Shown here: one piece after another, positions 27,471 to 41,050 of the stretch
Layout: each line of letters opens with the position of its first letter
Position numbering within the stretch: the first letter of the stretch is position 1
DNA from: Octopus sinensis
Lineage: Eukaryota
DNA length: 64,000 bases
Direction of reading: 5' to 3'
NCBI RefSeq assembly: GCF_006345805.1
Contig: NC_043007.1
Span: 31,062,001-31,126,000, forward strand
Notes under the pieces: model-generated
Seen by the model: the letters and a program-made list of their open reading frames with translations, nothing else
The model's database searches: none
What the model was told of the DNA's origin: nothing
Position numbers and translations under genes: made by a program

Positions 27471-29186
27471 TAGAGGTTAAAGAGAGAGAGAGACACACGC
27501 ACACACACACATGCCAGCCTGTCCCTATCTGCCTAACTTATCTATACCTTTCCCTTTCTGAATCCCTACCCTAGATTATGAAAGCACATCTTAGTATGTC
27601 TCATTTCTGACCCCCCTCTCCCCAGTTACTGTCATATCACTCTCACCTTGAGGGCTAAAGTATAAAAAAAAAATAATTTGAATGATTCTTTTTTTTCTTC
27701 ATGTTTTTACATGCTTAGTATGGATGATACAAATCATCTCTCTACTCTACATCACATATTATTGTCAAGCCTGCAAGGGAACCTTGGCTAAACCTGCTAA
27801 AAATAACAGCCAAATTTCCCTCACCTCATACATAGGGTCTTAAAACGAAATACGTGTTGGACATTGCGGTCTTTGATGCACTGTCTGAACAAAGATGGGA
27901 TGATCATGCCTGGAGCGTCTTTGATCATGGAGCTGCTTGATCTGAGCCAATCTGGTGCTAAACGACTAGTTTATTATTGTTTATCTTGCCTGCAGGACTC
28001 AACATTTCTGAGATCTGACCTTACTACTCCACTCCCCCCACCCATCCCGTCAGCCTTGGTTGTCTTCTAGTCTGTGCGTCTTCTGTCAGCACTGAGCAAG
28101 TTTCCGTTTAAGAGTTCTTTGTCCATTTTCATCTCTTGTACACATGTTTCATACCAGTGCGGTTGTTTCTCCTGCGTATGTTTGACAGGGCATGTAACAC
28201 TCAGCTAATCTCTCTTGATACAAGCTGTACGTTTAATGGTTGATGTCTGAAGGGGAAAATGTAGACGAACTGTGTATTAGGGAGAGTTGCAGTTCTAGAA
28301 CAATAAACGGGGAAATGTGTTTAGTGAGAAGTTTGAGGGGAGGGGGTAAGGAAACTGTCAAGGAAACAAAGGGAGAGGGGACCAAGTGTACTGGAGTTTT
28401 AAACAATGACAGATCAGAGGAACAGTAGCCAGTGTAGTTGCAGTAGATGACACAGCGAGAGAGAGAGAAGGAGAGTGCTGTATATCAATGGATGGAGAGA
28501 GAGGGAGAGCGAGAGAGGGGGAGAGAGAGAGCTGTACTTCAATGGAAAGAGAGAGAATGCTGTATATCAGTAGACTAGTAATTACAGTGTTACGTGAAAG
28601 TTTGCATACGTGGTTTAGACTGTATATATATTAGCAGCTGTGCCATCTCTGATATGTGAGGTGTGTTCTGCTGTGATCTGTGTATGTGCCTTGCAGCAGA
28701 GCAGAAGTACTTTTCAGCTCTGGAAAAAAGACAGCGAAACATTTGGATGCTGTGTTGGCCATGTTAGAAGTATGCAGTCACTATGAAAAGGAAAAATCAT
28801 TGATGATGATCCGAGGGCCGAGCGAGCATTTGCTCTGCATTTGAAGGTTTTTAGCGACACAGTGTTTATGAACGAGAGTGTAGTTTTTATAAATGTATTT
28901 AATTTCCTTTCTGTGTGTAGCCGCTGTGCTTGTCACAGTTGAACGGGTTTTTGTTTCAAAGCCACCTTCTCATATCTCATTGACTCACTTTCAGCATCAA
29001 TGGGTACTTTTGTTTCCAACGCTGAATTACCTTAACTAAAAATCTCATTACATATTTATACACTTATCACTCTGGATATTTTTTTCAATGAATTGACAGC
29101 TGGAGCAGAATCTAACTCTTACACAGCTTAAGGCTTTATTGATCCTCATAGTTTATATACATACATTCCCCATTACCTAAAAAGGT

Positions 29187-29233
<47 letters not shown>

Positions 29234-30414
29234 TATCTATGAATGTTTATGCATGTGGAGAATAATAAGCTATTGTTCTTCTCTATGTAACTTACCAGGT
29301 TGTCTTGCTTCTCCCTCTCTCCCCTCCGCTCTCTCTCTTTTCTCTCTGTGTATCATCTGTGATTTACACAAATAGACTTTTTTTTTTCCCATTTGACTTA
29401 ATCAAACATTCATCCATTCTTTTCCATCAGATCACTCATTCATATTTGATCATTGTTTCACTCTGATTATAGATTTTCGGCTAATAATAATAATAATAAT
29501 AATCCAATAGCAAGGTTCCCATTAGCACGTTGATTGTTTACCTCTATTTATAGATCAACTTACAAAAGATGAACACTGAAAGCATTTCAATGATATCAAA
29601 ATAGGATTCAGAGCAAAGTGGCAGAAACAGCCGAGAGATGAATCTTAATAATAGCAAGCAGTATTTAGTTCTGTTTGTCTTCCCTCCCTGTTCCCTGTTC
29701 TCTCTGTCAATTTATTGACACAGCTGCTTTTGTAGTGACAGCTTTGTTTTTATGTTCATTAAGCTGTTGTACAGTGATATCAGAATCAAAACCTGAATGA
29801 AGTGGACAAGGCATTCAATCTCTTGTATTGTTTTCTATAAACACCATAGAATCTTTTATGCTCTTCTTTCTTGCCGCTTCTCATTATTTATATGTAAAAG
29901 AAAATCAATCTGTTGTCTTGTTTGATGTAGTTTCAAGTCCTGCTGGCATCTGCCTGGTAGGACTGGTGATGATTAAGATCTTATTAGCACCCACCTGGTA
30001 GGACTGGTGATGATTAAGATCTTATTAGCACCTACCTGGTAGGATTAGGGATGCTTATGATGTCATCAATCTTGTGAAGGAGGTGTAGGGATGTACTGGA
30101 AAATCCGTTAGGGGTCTGGAATCATAAAAAAACATTACAGACTTGTCAGTATGTAACTGAGGAAGGGGATTCTCCAAGCAACACTTTTATAGGGTTGCCG
30201 CTTTAAGGTCTGCTGTGTAACCCTTTTATAGGTTTCAGGGTTGCCTTTTGGGTGTGCTGCACAAACCTGTGTAGGCTTTATTAAGGACACAAACTCTGTG
30301 GTTGTACATGCTATCTACACCACTAAAACTTTTACTTTATAGCATCCTGGATATGATGGCCACCCTTGTTTCCTTACTTAAACAAGTCCACCTCCCTGTT
30401 ACAGTGGATTAAAT

Positions 30415-30850
30415 CATCATCATCATCATCGTTTAACGTCCGCTTTCCATGCTAGCATGGGTTGGAAGATTTGACTGAGGACTGGCGAACCAGATGGCTG
30501 CACCAGACTCCAATCTGATCTGGCAGAGTTTCTACAGCTGGATGCCCTTCCTCATGCCAACCACTCAGAGAGTGTAGTGGGTGCTTTTACATGCCACCGG
30601 CACGCGGGCCAGTCAAGCGGTACTGGCAACGGCCACAATCAAAATGGTGTTTTTTGTGTGCCACCTGCACAGGAGTCAGTCCAGTGGCACTGGCTACGAC
30701 GTCGCTCGAATGTTTTATTCATGTGCCAGTAAGGCGACGCTGGTAACGATCACGCTGGTAACGATCACGCTCGAATGGTGCCTCTTATGTGCCACCAGCA
30801 CGGAAGCCAGGTAGCTGCTCTGGCAACGATCACGCTCGGATTGTGCTCTT
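30415..30850 (-). mobile_element. LINE-3'-tail repeat ending in (GAT)n, with internal short tandem units
   Basis: Motif CCAACCCATGCTAGCATGGAAAGCGGACGTTAAACGATGATGAT. Other copies at 6880-7065, 11510-11705, 25730-25980, 34215-34630, 42118-42310 and 43015-43245. Confidence 0.75.
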
Positions 30851-31079
30851 ATGGTTGTACGAATTCATAGATCATTCTGTAAAAATATTACTTAATTCTT
30901 TGTGAAATATTAAAATTTGCTTTATTCATTTATTAAATACCTCTGAAACCTTGTAGTAATTGTGTAAAAATAAATATGGTATCAAGGAATGCAATTTCTT
31001 CGGCAACAACAAACAATTCAAATCTTTTTAATGATGAAATAAATTTTTATGTTTTATGTATTTCGTTTTTTCCTTCTAG

Positions 31080-31160
31080 GTGGGATCGCTGATATTTCCT
31101 CCTAAGAAATTGTTTAGTCGCTCAGAAAAAGTTGTTTCTGAAAGACGGTACCAGTTGGAA
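31080..31160 (+). CDS. KIF16B: KIF16B-like PX exon (VGSLIFPPKKLFSRSEKVVSERRYQLE)
   Basis: ttccttctAG / GTaagt, 81 nt phase 0-0. FPPKKLF...ERRxxLE PX motif. Confidence 0.96.
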
Positions 31161-31865
31161 GTAAGTGAATTATTTATTCTTCTTTTAAAACAAAGCCGCA
31201 AGCAGGTAGAAATGTTCCTAACACTAGCTTAATGATAACGAAGTTATTTTACTAAATTCTTTGTTCTATTTAAAATTAATTGAAAGAAACACAGAACATC
31301 TCAACAAAAATATGGAAGAATTTTTTATTATTTTGTATCTGTTTAACTCTTTCGATACCAACCCAGTTGAAACCGGCTCTGATTCTGTAGTACAAATGTC
31401 TTGTTTTCATAAGTTCTGAATTAAAATCTTCCACCAAACCTTAGTCACAATGTATGTTCCTAAAACCAGCTGAATGATAAATAAGTTATTTTATTAAATT
31501 CTTTGTTATATTTACAATCAATTGAAAGAAACACAGAACATCTCAAAATAAATATAGTAACAAAAGGCTTAAACAATATAAGGAGACAATTTGGCAAAAT
31601 CGTTAGCATGCTGCGCAAAATGCTCAGCAGCATGTCATCTGTCTTTACATTCTGGGTTCAAATCCTGTCATGGTCAGTTTTGCCTTTTATCCTTTCAGGG
31701 TCAATAAAATAAGTACTGATTGAGCTCTGGGGTCCAATGTAATCAATTAACAACCCTCTCTCCTGAAATTGCTGGCCTTGTGCCAAAATTTGAAACCATT
31801 ATTTAAATGCAGTAAACAAACAACTTTCAGATTTGAAATATCTTCTTTCTCTTTTGTCGTTTCAG

Positions 31866-32021
31866 TTTTATTTACGGAGCCTTCTGGAAATTCTTATGAA
31901 GATTCCATCATGTCCCATTAATCCGTCCAACAACGAATTCCTTTCCAAGCAGACTCTCTGTGACTTTGACCCCTTTTATAAAAAGGGACTTTTCGAAGCT
32001 ACAAAGCACGGAACTACTTGA
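31866..32021 (+). CDS. KIF16B: KIF16B-like last coding exon (FYLRSLLEILMKIPSCPINPSNNEFLSKQTLCDFDPFYKKGLFEATKHGTT*)
   Basis: cttttgtcgtttcAG acceptor, 51 codons plus TGA. The end matches KIF16B LSKHTICEFSPFFKKGVFDYSSHGTG*. Confidence 0.95.
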   Translation, partial: FYLRSLLEILMKIPSCPINPSNNEFLSKQTLCDFDPFYKKGLFEATKHGTT

Positions 32022-32860
32022 AAATATGTATGATGATATCTATAACTATATCTATAACACATATATATATATGTATACATATGTGTAAAAAAATGTATAT
32101 ATATTTATATATATACGTTTATATGTAAATGTATATATACATATATGTGTATTATTAGAGCGGAGCTTCCATTGACTTTGGTCTTTAGATTCAATGGTGT
32201 ATCTTTTGAATTCTTGGGAAATAAGATTTTGTAAATATGTATGATGATGATGATGATGTATTGAAGAAGAAAGGAAAAAAAGGTTATATTTTAAATACTA
32301 TTTATTTTGTGCCAAAACTTTATTTTTCTGACTTTCTGCTGAGGCCTTTCATACACACACACCTGTGTTACTTCTTATCCAGACCCCCTTTTTTTTTTTT
32401 TTAATGATTCATGCTCTTCCAAAAAGGAAAAAAAAAAGCCGTTTGCTTTCTCTTAAACACTAGCTGATACGGTCACTGTAACAGAGCCCCCAAAAAAACC
32501 CAGATAAAAAAACATCAAACAAAATCCTTTGAGGCAATTATGGATTCCCTCAAGAGACTCTCATCAAGGGATCGGCCGGCTCTGTGTTGCTCTCATCACT
32601 AATTCAGAAAAAAATGCATGCAAAAACAAACCAACACAAAACAAAAACAAGTCTTTATTCTTGTCAATTAAAGTTTTAAACTTTTTTTGATATCAGTCAT
32701 ACTTAATTGGTAACGAGACTTTACCAATTTGTTTTTGATTTTATTTATTGAATGATTTTATTTTTTACAGTCTTGATCTTAAGAGGAACCAATGAATTAA
32801 AAGTCCCAGACAAACTGTTTTAAATCTTGTAATACAAACCAAATACATTGAACGTGTTTC
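32022..32860 (+). other. Probable KIF16B 3' UTR; end not certain
   Basis: AU-rich and transposon-free after the stop. ATTAAA at 32667 and 32796; AATACA at 32831 and 32842 followed by GT-rich sequence; first canonical AATAAA at 33917. Confidence 0.5.
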
Positions 32861-32892
32861 TCTGTAGAACTGTATTACTTTGCTATTTGTTG

Positions 32893-33162
32893 TTGTTCTT
32901 CTTCTTCTCTTTCTTCTTCTTCTCTTCTTCTTCTCTTCTTCTTCTTCTCCTCCTTCTCTTTCTTCTTCTTCTCCTCCTTCTCTTCTTCTTCTTCTTCTTC
33001 TTCTTCTCCTCCTTCTTTTTCTTCTTATTCTCCTCCTCTTTCTTCTCCTCCTTCTCTTTCTTCTTCTCCTCCTTCTCTTTCTTCTTCTCCTCCTCCTCCC
33101 CCTCCTCCTCCTCCTCCTCCTTCTTCTCTTCCTTCTTCTTCTTCTTCTTCTTCTTCTTCTTC
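32893..33162. repeat. (CTT)n/(CTC)n pure polypyrimidine tract
   Basis: About 270 bp almost entirely C/T. Confidence 0.97.
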
Positions 33163-35310
33163 AGTCACAGGCCTGTTTTAATTGAACTCACCTATGATCA
33201 AAGGTGTTCCATCTATGACCACCCAGTCTTGATATTCAAGCAGTAAATATACAATGTGTCCCTCTTTTTCTTTTAAGATGGTAGAATGTGATTTAAGGGA
33301 GGTTTGGCTTCTATTTCTTGCAGGTTGGGACCACACAGAGGCTTCCCTGTGTTATATGTTGTACAATTAGGTTTTATATATCACTGGAGAAAACACCTGT
33401 ATGGTCACCTGTCTTGCTAGAAATCACACATCAATTTAATGACCACTTACCTATGCTAGCATGTGTTGGATGGAATGTTGTTGAGGATGCTCTTCCTGTT
33501 GCCAACTCTTGTTTCCAAGTAAGGTGAGGTTTCCATGGAAGATTGCAAATGAAGGAGAGACATTCGTTTACAATATATATGATGGGCTTCTTTCAGTTTC
33601 CGTCTCCCAAATCCACTCACAAGTCTTTGGTCAACTCAGGGCTATAGCAAAAAACATTAGCCCAAGGTGCCACACAGTGGAGGTGAACCAGGAATCTTGT
33701 GGCTGAGAAGCAAACTTCTTAACCACACAGCCACACAGCCACACATCATCATCATCATCATCATCATCGTTTAACGTCCATTTTCCATGCTAGCATGGGT
33801 TGGACGGTTCGACCGGGGTCTGGGAAGCCAGGAGGCTGCACCAGGCTCCAGTCTGTTCTGTGCCTTAATAGAAAAAGAAGGGCACATTAGAAATGTAATT
33901 CTAGATAGTCTGCCTGAATAAAAGATAGTTATGGCTGGAATAACTTTGATCAATGAGCAGTCCTTTGACCCCTTTCATCAGGAGTGACTTAGGGGATTAA
34001 CAAACACAACCATAATTTCCATCACAATATGGCCAAGGAAAAGCATAATCCCTTCATTGTAGTAAGTCTCTGTGTCTTTTAGAAATATATTGTAAAGGAA
34101 TAAAATTCCTTCTTCAGATATTCTTAGATGGGGTCGCTGCTATTTTTTTTATATATAACTGGGGCAATTCTTTATTTTTTAAACCTGTTTTATGCAACTG
34201 ATGTTCATCTCCCTTTCATCATCATCATCATTTAACGTCTGCTTTCCATGCTAGCATGGGTTGGACAGTTTAACTGAGATTTGGAGAGCCAGTGGCTGCA
34301 CCAGGCTCCAATCTGGTCTGGCAATGTTTCTACAGCTGGATGCCCTTCCTAATGCCAACCACTCCGAGAGTGTAGTGCGTGCTTTTTATGTCAAAGGAGC
34401 CAGTAAGGCGGGCCTGGCAATGATCACGTTCGGATGGTGCTTTTTATGTGCCACCAGCACAGGGGCCAGTCAGGGGGTACTGGCATCAGTCATGATCAGT
34501 TGGTGCTTTTTACGTGGCACCAGAGCCAGTAAGGCGGGTCTGGCAACGAACACATTTGGAGGGTGCTTTTTAAGTGCTACCAGCACAGGAGCCAGTCAGG
34601 AGGGACTGGCATCAGTCACGATTGGTTGGTGCCTTTATATATATTTCAATGGTGTGTTTGTATATTTTTAGAATGACATTGTAGGGTAGGTATGAGAGGT
34701 TAAATCATCTGGTCAGTCTGAACATAAAACAGATAGAATATTTGGGCCGGATATGACCAGTTTAAACACTAATGGGTTAAGATAGAAAATAGATAAATAA
34801 AAATAACAAAGAGTTCATTGACAAAATTAGAACCGTGTATCTGTCGCCTGCTAGGTGATCATTCTACAGGTTAGATTACAGAACACCTGCTATTCTATCT
34901 TCTCAAATTTGCAAAACAAATGAGGGGTGTAAATTTTAGTAATTCTCTTTCCTTGCACTTTTATATATCATTAAATTTATGGGATTTCTTTTTTGTACGT
35001 TGATCCTCACCGTCACACAAGTCAGGTTCTCTGGTTTCTTTGAGTAGTTTCATGTTGCATGTTAGACACAAAGAATTTGTTAGCCTTTGACTTGACCCTC
35101 TTCTATTTCTTGGGAAAAAGGAGACTCTGCACGTAACACTCCCCATGCCCCTCCCCCAGCAGTGCGACATAACTGGTTCTCAAAGAGTGAGAGGAATCAA
35201 TTCCAATCAGTACTTTACTGGTCCTTTCTACAGAAAATCCTCATTGTTTTAACATCCGCTTGTCCATGCTTGCAACGGTCAGATGGAATTTACTGAGGCA
35301 GTTTCTATGA

Positions 35311-35765
35311 CTGGATGCCCTTCAAACCAGATGCTGTTCCAGGCAGATGACCTTCCAGTTGGATGCCCTTCCAGCCAGATGCCCTTCCACCTAGATGATC
35401 TTCAAGCCAGATGACCTTCAAGCCAGATGACCTTCAAGCCAGATGCCCTTCCACCTAGATGATCTTCAAGCCAGATGACCTTCCAGCTGGGTGCCCTTCA
35501 AGCCAGATGTCCTTCAAGCCAGATGCCCTTCAGGCCAGATGCCCTTCAAACCAGAATCCCTTCCAGCCAGATGCCCTTCCAGTTAGATGACCTTCAAGCC
35601 AGATGCCCTTCAGGCCAGATGCCCTTCTAGCTAGATGCCCTTCCAGCTAGATGCCCTTCTAGCTAGATGCCCTTCTAGCTAGATGCCCTTCAAACCAGAT
35701 GCCCTTCCAGCCAGGTATTGTTCCAGACAGATGCCCTTCCAAGCAGATAACCTTCCCATGAGATA
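35311..35765. repeat. 16-bp minisatellite (AGATGCCCTTCCAGCC-like), about 28 variant units
   Basis: Clear 16-nt periodicity with recurring variants. Confidence 0.92.
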
Positions 35766-38700
35766 TCATTCCAACTCATTATTTTAGATGTATGTAGGAC
35801 TACATTATCCAACATGTTCATTCCTTTCTAAAATGGCAGACTGTGATTTGAGGGAGACTTGTAGAGGATCTCTCAGTATATCCAGTGCCCTTCCTAACAC
35901 CAACCACTCTGAGAGTGTAGTGGGTCCTTTTACATGCCCCCCGGCACAGGAGTCAGTCAGGTGGCACTGGCATTGACTCACACTTGAATGGTGCTTATTC
36001 CGTGCCACCAGCACAGGTGCCAGTCAGGTGGCACTGGCATCGGTCACAACTACAATTTCCATTTTGATTTTACTTGACTCAGTAGGTTTTCTCAAGCACA
36101 GCGTATCGCTTAATGCATCAAGGGTGCTTTTAAATGGGCCGATTATGTGACACTGGTATAGGCTACAGCTGGGATTTCGCTTTACTTGCTGGGTCTTTTC
36201 AAATTAATCATGTATTATCTCTTAGCTTTGCGATTTTGATGCTGTGTATGTTTAGAGTGACATCGTAGGGTAGGTGTGAGAAGCCAGTTTGGACATAATA
36301 ACAGATTTGGGCTGGATATGACCTGTTTGAATGCAAAAGGGTTAAAGGGAATGGAGCAGCAAAAAAAAAAAAAGAAAAAAATGGTTAAAAAATGCTAATT
36401 TAGCAGAAAAGAAGCTAAGAGTAAATTTGCTGATGGTGTTTATTATGAAGAAAAGAGATGGTAAATATTCTGAATTGTAAGGTTGTGTGGCATTCTTATG
36501 AATCAGAATATAAGTGGTAAGAAAAATGTCTGAAAAGACACTGTATCCTTTGGTGACAGTAAAAAGAAAAAGGCAAAAAAATAGCTTTTTTATTCCTGGC
36601 TTGAAATGCTGGAATCTGATCAGCAACAGAAATTAGGTCACACTCTTGACCCACACATGTCAGTTATCTCAGCTTACAGTACATACTTTCTCGTTTAATT
36701 AAACAAACTGGATTTAGCACACTTCCTTCTTTTCTCCCTAATTTTTTGCATTTTTTTTCTAGTATTATTTTTATTTTCAACTGCCAGTTTGTTTCTTATT
36801 GACAGAAGGTTTAGTAAATAAACTGTTACACCTGTCTCACAGGTGTAACAGTTGCCCAAGGTACCACACAATGCCACTGAACCTGATACCCTTGTGAGTA
36901 TTCACTAATAACTGTCCCAGAACCCTGCTATTCATTATATCGGTCTTAGTGGTGAGGGGTATTCGGCTCATAATCATGAAGTTGTGAGTTCAATTCCTGG
37001 TGGCATATCATGTCCTTGAGCAAGACACTCTATTTCACATTGTTCCCGTCCACTCAACTGACAAAAATGAGTTTGTCTCTGCAATCCAAAAGGGCCACCA
37101 GCTTTGACGTCTTCTGTGTCTCACTGAATATCCTTGAGAACTAAGGGTTGATGGAATCAAGTGGAACCCTCATCATCATAACCAATGGAGGGCCAGGCTG
37201 GATTGTCAGATAAAGTTCTTCACTTCTTTTGCCAATATATTTAGGCACAGGTATGGCTGTGTGGTAAGTCACTTGCTTCCCAACCACATGGCTCTGGGTT
37301 CAGTTCCACTGTATAGCACCTTGGGCAAGTGTCTTCTGTTGTAATCTCAGTCTGACCGAAGCCTTGTGAGTGGATATTTTAGAAGGAAATTGAAAGAAGC
37401 CCGTTGTATATATATATATATATATACATACATACATACATCTCTATGTCTTTGTGTCTGGGTTTGTCCCCCATCACCGCTTGACAACCAGTAAGTACTA
37501 GGCTAAAAAAATAGTCCCTGAGGTTGATTTATTCAACTAAAACCTTTCTCGGCAGTGCTCCAGCATGGCCACAGTCAAAATGATTGAAAGAATAAAAGAA
37601 TATAGTTTGTTATTTGAATTAACACAAAAAGTATTTAATCGTGATATTTTATGGCATTTCGCAGCCACATTCTTCCTCTGCTGCTTCTGTTTATTGCTTT
37701 TGGAATTTGAATAAATTTTACCACTTTCCAAATATGTGATGATACAGCACCAACTATGGAGAAAAAAAAAGAAAAATTGAACAGATTTGTCTGATAATCC
37801 AATAGTTAAAATAATAACACTTGAGCTCAGAACTGTTTGTTACTGGATACGTATATTAGCTGATAGATTGATTTCCATAACAGAACCTGTGAAAGAGTGA
37901 GCAGCTATGACCAGAAGTTCCCAAGGTTCCAAGCTGGTGATTGTAGCCTTATTGATAAAGAGCAATCAGGCAGACCATCCATGACAGATGATGACCAAAT
38001 CAAGTCATTAACCCAATATAAGAGTTGAATAAGGTGGCAAGTTGGCAGAGTGGTTAGCGAGTTGGACAGAACGCATAGCAGCATTTCTTCAGGCTCTTTG
38101 AGTGCTCAGTTCAAATGGTGCTGATGTCAACTTTGCATTTTGGTCTTTTCATAGCTGATAAAATAAAAATCGGTTGAGCACCATGGTTGATGTAATTGAC
38201 ATACCCCTCCCCCTAAAATTACTGGCTTTGTATCAGAATCTGAAATCATTATATGGAGCTGTTGAATGTGGAACACTTGTTGAATATAATCTAACATTAA
38301 TTTGCATTAAAATGGATCCTAAATGAGCCGAGAGAACAGCTGGGCACTTGCATAATCAGTTGTGTTTGTATAGATTAGAAAGGTAACATGTGGCAGATGG
38401 AACAGATGTGAAGCGACCCAACGTGAAGATACCGGGCCTCACAAAAAAGATGACGCAAGACCAAGACAAGTGAAGCTAACTGCAGATTTTACGTGTCTAG
38501 TTGGTACCATAAATGGTGAGATACAAGTGCTGAGAGTGAGAAAAACCATTGTGTGTGCTTACCGCTTTGAGAGATACCACACACTGATCCACTACAAGAT
38601 GAATGATAATCACAGTTCCTCTTGAATTGGAATTAACTTCAACCCTTTTGTTACTGTATTTATTTTGAGATGCTCTGTCTTTCTTTCAATTACTTTAAAT

Positions 38701-40719
38701 ATAACAAAGAATTTAGTAAAATAACTTAGTTATCATTCAGCTAGTGTTCGGAACATAAATTGTGACTAAGGTTTGGTGGAAGACTTTAATTCAGAACTTA
38801 TGAAAACAAGACATTTGTACTATAGAGTCAGAGATGGTTTCAGCCGGGTTGGTATCAAAAGGGTTAATGTGGCACCATCACTAATGCTTTCTTCATGGCA
38901 CCAGTATGAGTGCTTTTAACCCCTTTGTTACCATATTTCTGTTGAGATCCTCTGTGTTTCTTTCAATTAATTTTAAATATAACAACAATAAGTTGGGAAT
39001 GTCAAGTTCAACCAATTTTGATAGATTAATTCAGCATCTGAATGTTTATACACAAAAATTCCATCAGCGCAGCAAGGATTCAGTTTATTTTACTCTTTTA
39101 CTCTTTTACTTGTTTCAGTCATTTGACTGCGGCCATGCTGGAGCACCGCCTTTAGTCGAGCAAATCGACCCCAGGACTTATTCTTTGTAAGCCTAGTATA
39201 TTCTATCGGTCTTTTTTGCCGAACTGCTAAGTTACAGGGACGTAAACACACCACCATTGGATGTCAAGTAATGTTGGGAAGACAAGCACAAATACACACA
39301 CACATATATATATATACAACGGACTTCTTTCAGTTTCCGTCTACCAAATCCATTCACAAGGCTTTGGTCAGCCTGAGGCTGTAGTAGAAGACACTTGCAC
39401 AAGGTGCCATGCAGTGGGAATGAACCCGGAACCATGTGGTTCATAAGCAAGCTACTTACCACACAGCCACTCCCACGCCTATCTTATAGAAAAATAACAG
39501 TTTTCAAGTTGAATGGTGAGAGAAACTTGTTGCTAAACAAACTGACAACTGTAGAAACAGGTTGCTATTGCTGTTTAGCCCAAGGTCAGCACTGATCAGG
39601 CAGACTTATAGTCGCAGAAGGTCCAGCCATGGCCATCTGGTTTTCTTTTGAGATATACATGTCTAGTTGATGCCATAAATGTCCAACCCATGCCAGCATG
39701 AAAAGCGGATGTTAAACGACGATCAAACAACAATATAGTGGGTTTAGGATTTACATTATCTAAAGTGTCCTTCCATTTTTTAAGATAGAAGTGTATGAAA
39801 TGAGGGGTATTTGGCTACTGTTTCTAGTATGTGATCATCTAGAGGCTTCTTTGTCAATAGGAAAAGGTTGAACAAGCTGATTGAAAGAGGAGAAAATTCA
39901 CGAACAAATTGCTGGAGAAAAGATATCAATAATTCATTAGTCATCGTTAAGAAGAAATATCTCTAATTTTACACCTAATTTTCTATGGTTTACACAGGCT
40001 GAACAATTAGGACGTTTCCATGAGTTGTTGGAATCTACATGTATTTATTTCTAACTGTCCTCTTTTCTAAAGATAAGAATGTTGCTAGTTTTTATTGCAT
40101 GGAATCTAAAATGAATAGAACGCCTTATCCAAACATAACCCAAGGCAATAAGAGTCATTCCTTTATCTTTCGTTTTATTGTTCGCTTCCTATTTTTAATT
40201 CTGTCAAAACTTGTATAAAGTATCAGACGTCACAAGGTAATTATGTGGAAGTATGCTTTTAAAATATATAAAGTGACATTGTAACTGTATCGCTTACAAT
40301 CAGCACTGCCACCATCATCATCACTATCCTCATCATCATAATTTTAACATCCACTTTTTGATGCTTACATGGGTTAGATGGAATTTGTGAAAGTACATTT
40401 TCTGCAGTTGTACCCCTCGTTCCTGTCTGAAGATTATACATTCATTGTTTGTTGAGTTCTGTATTTGAATTGCAAATTTCTTAGCCTTTGGGTTAGCTAA
40501 GTCTCTACCAAAGTTGTTCTTAGTGAGAAAGAATATAAAACTCTCTTTCCATCAGGTAAATGGCCCAGCACAGTATGTAGGAAAGGAGTTGGAAGAAATC
40601 CCACTTGCTGCACCCAGTGTAAACTAGAGACACATAAGGGGTGCAGTGGAACCACAGGTAGATTAACATAAAATCGCTTTTGTATGTGGCAGGTGAGCAG
40701 GAATAATAAGCACAGGGGA

Positions 40720-41050
40720 CTTAGATTCTCTCAAAATGCCCAGGAGGCTCTCTTGAGGTTGTAGATATTTTTTGTGACTTAGGTGACCAAATTAGCAATG
40801 GTGGAGGATGCTCTGAAAGTATTGTTTCTAGAATAAGAATTGGGTGGAGGGTGTTCAGAGAGCTATTACCTCTGATGGCAGCAAAAGGACTCTCTTTCAG
40901 AGTGAAAGGTAGACCGTATGATGCTTGTGTGCAAATGACTATACTCCATGGTAGTGAGACATGGGCTTTGAATGCATAGACTGAAGAGAAAGGAAGGTAG
41001 TGTGGTCCGTTGCACATGTATGGCAAAGTGCAAACGTATTGAGAGAAAAG
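40720..41050 (+). mobile_element. RTE-clade LINE RT fragment
   Basis: Plus frame from 40755: EVVDIFCDLGDQISNGGGCSESIVSRIRIGWRVFRELLPL...KGRPYDACV...LHGSETW. The listed minus-strand ORF is its antisense. Confidence 0.88.

Noticed and set aside
28795-28870. C/D-box snoRNA (TGATGA motif)
   Set aside because: No suitably placed D box or terminal stem found.
27960-29930. Conserved bilaterian or molluscan miRNA
   Set aside because: No match by eye to mature sequences I recall and no long hairpin; a proper database search is still needed.
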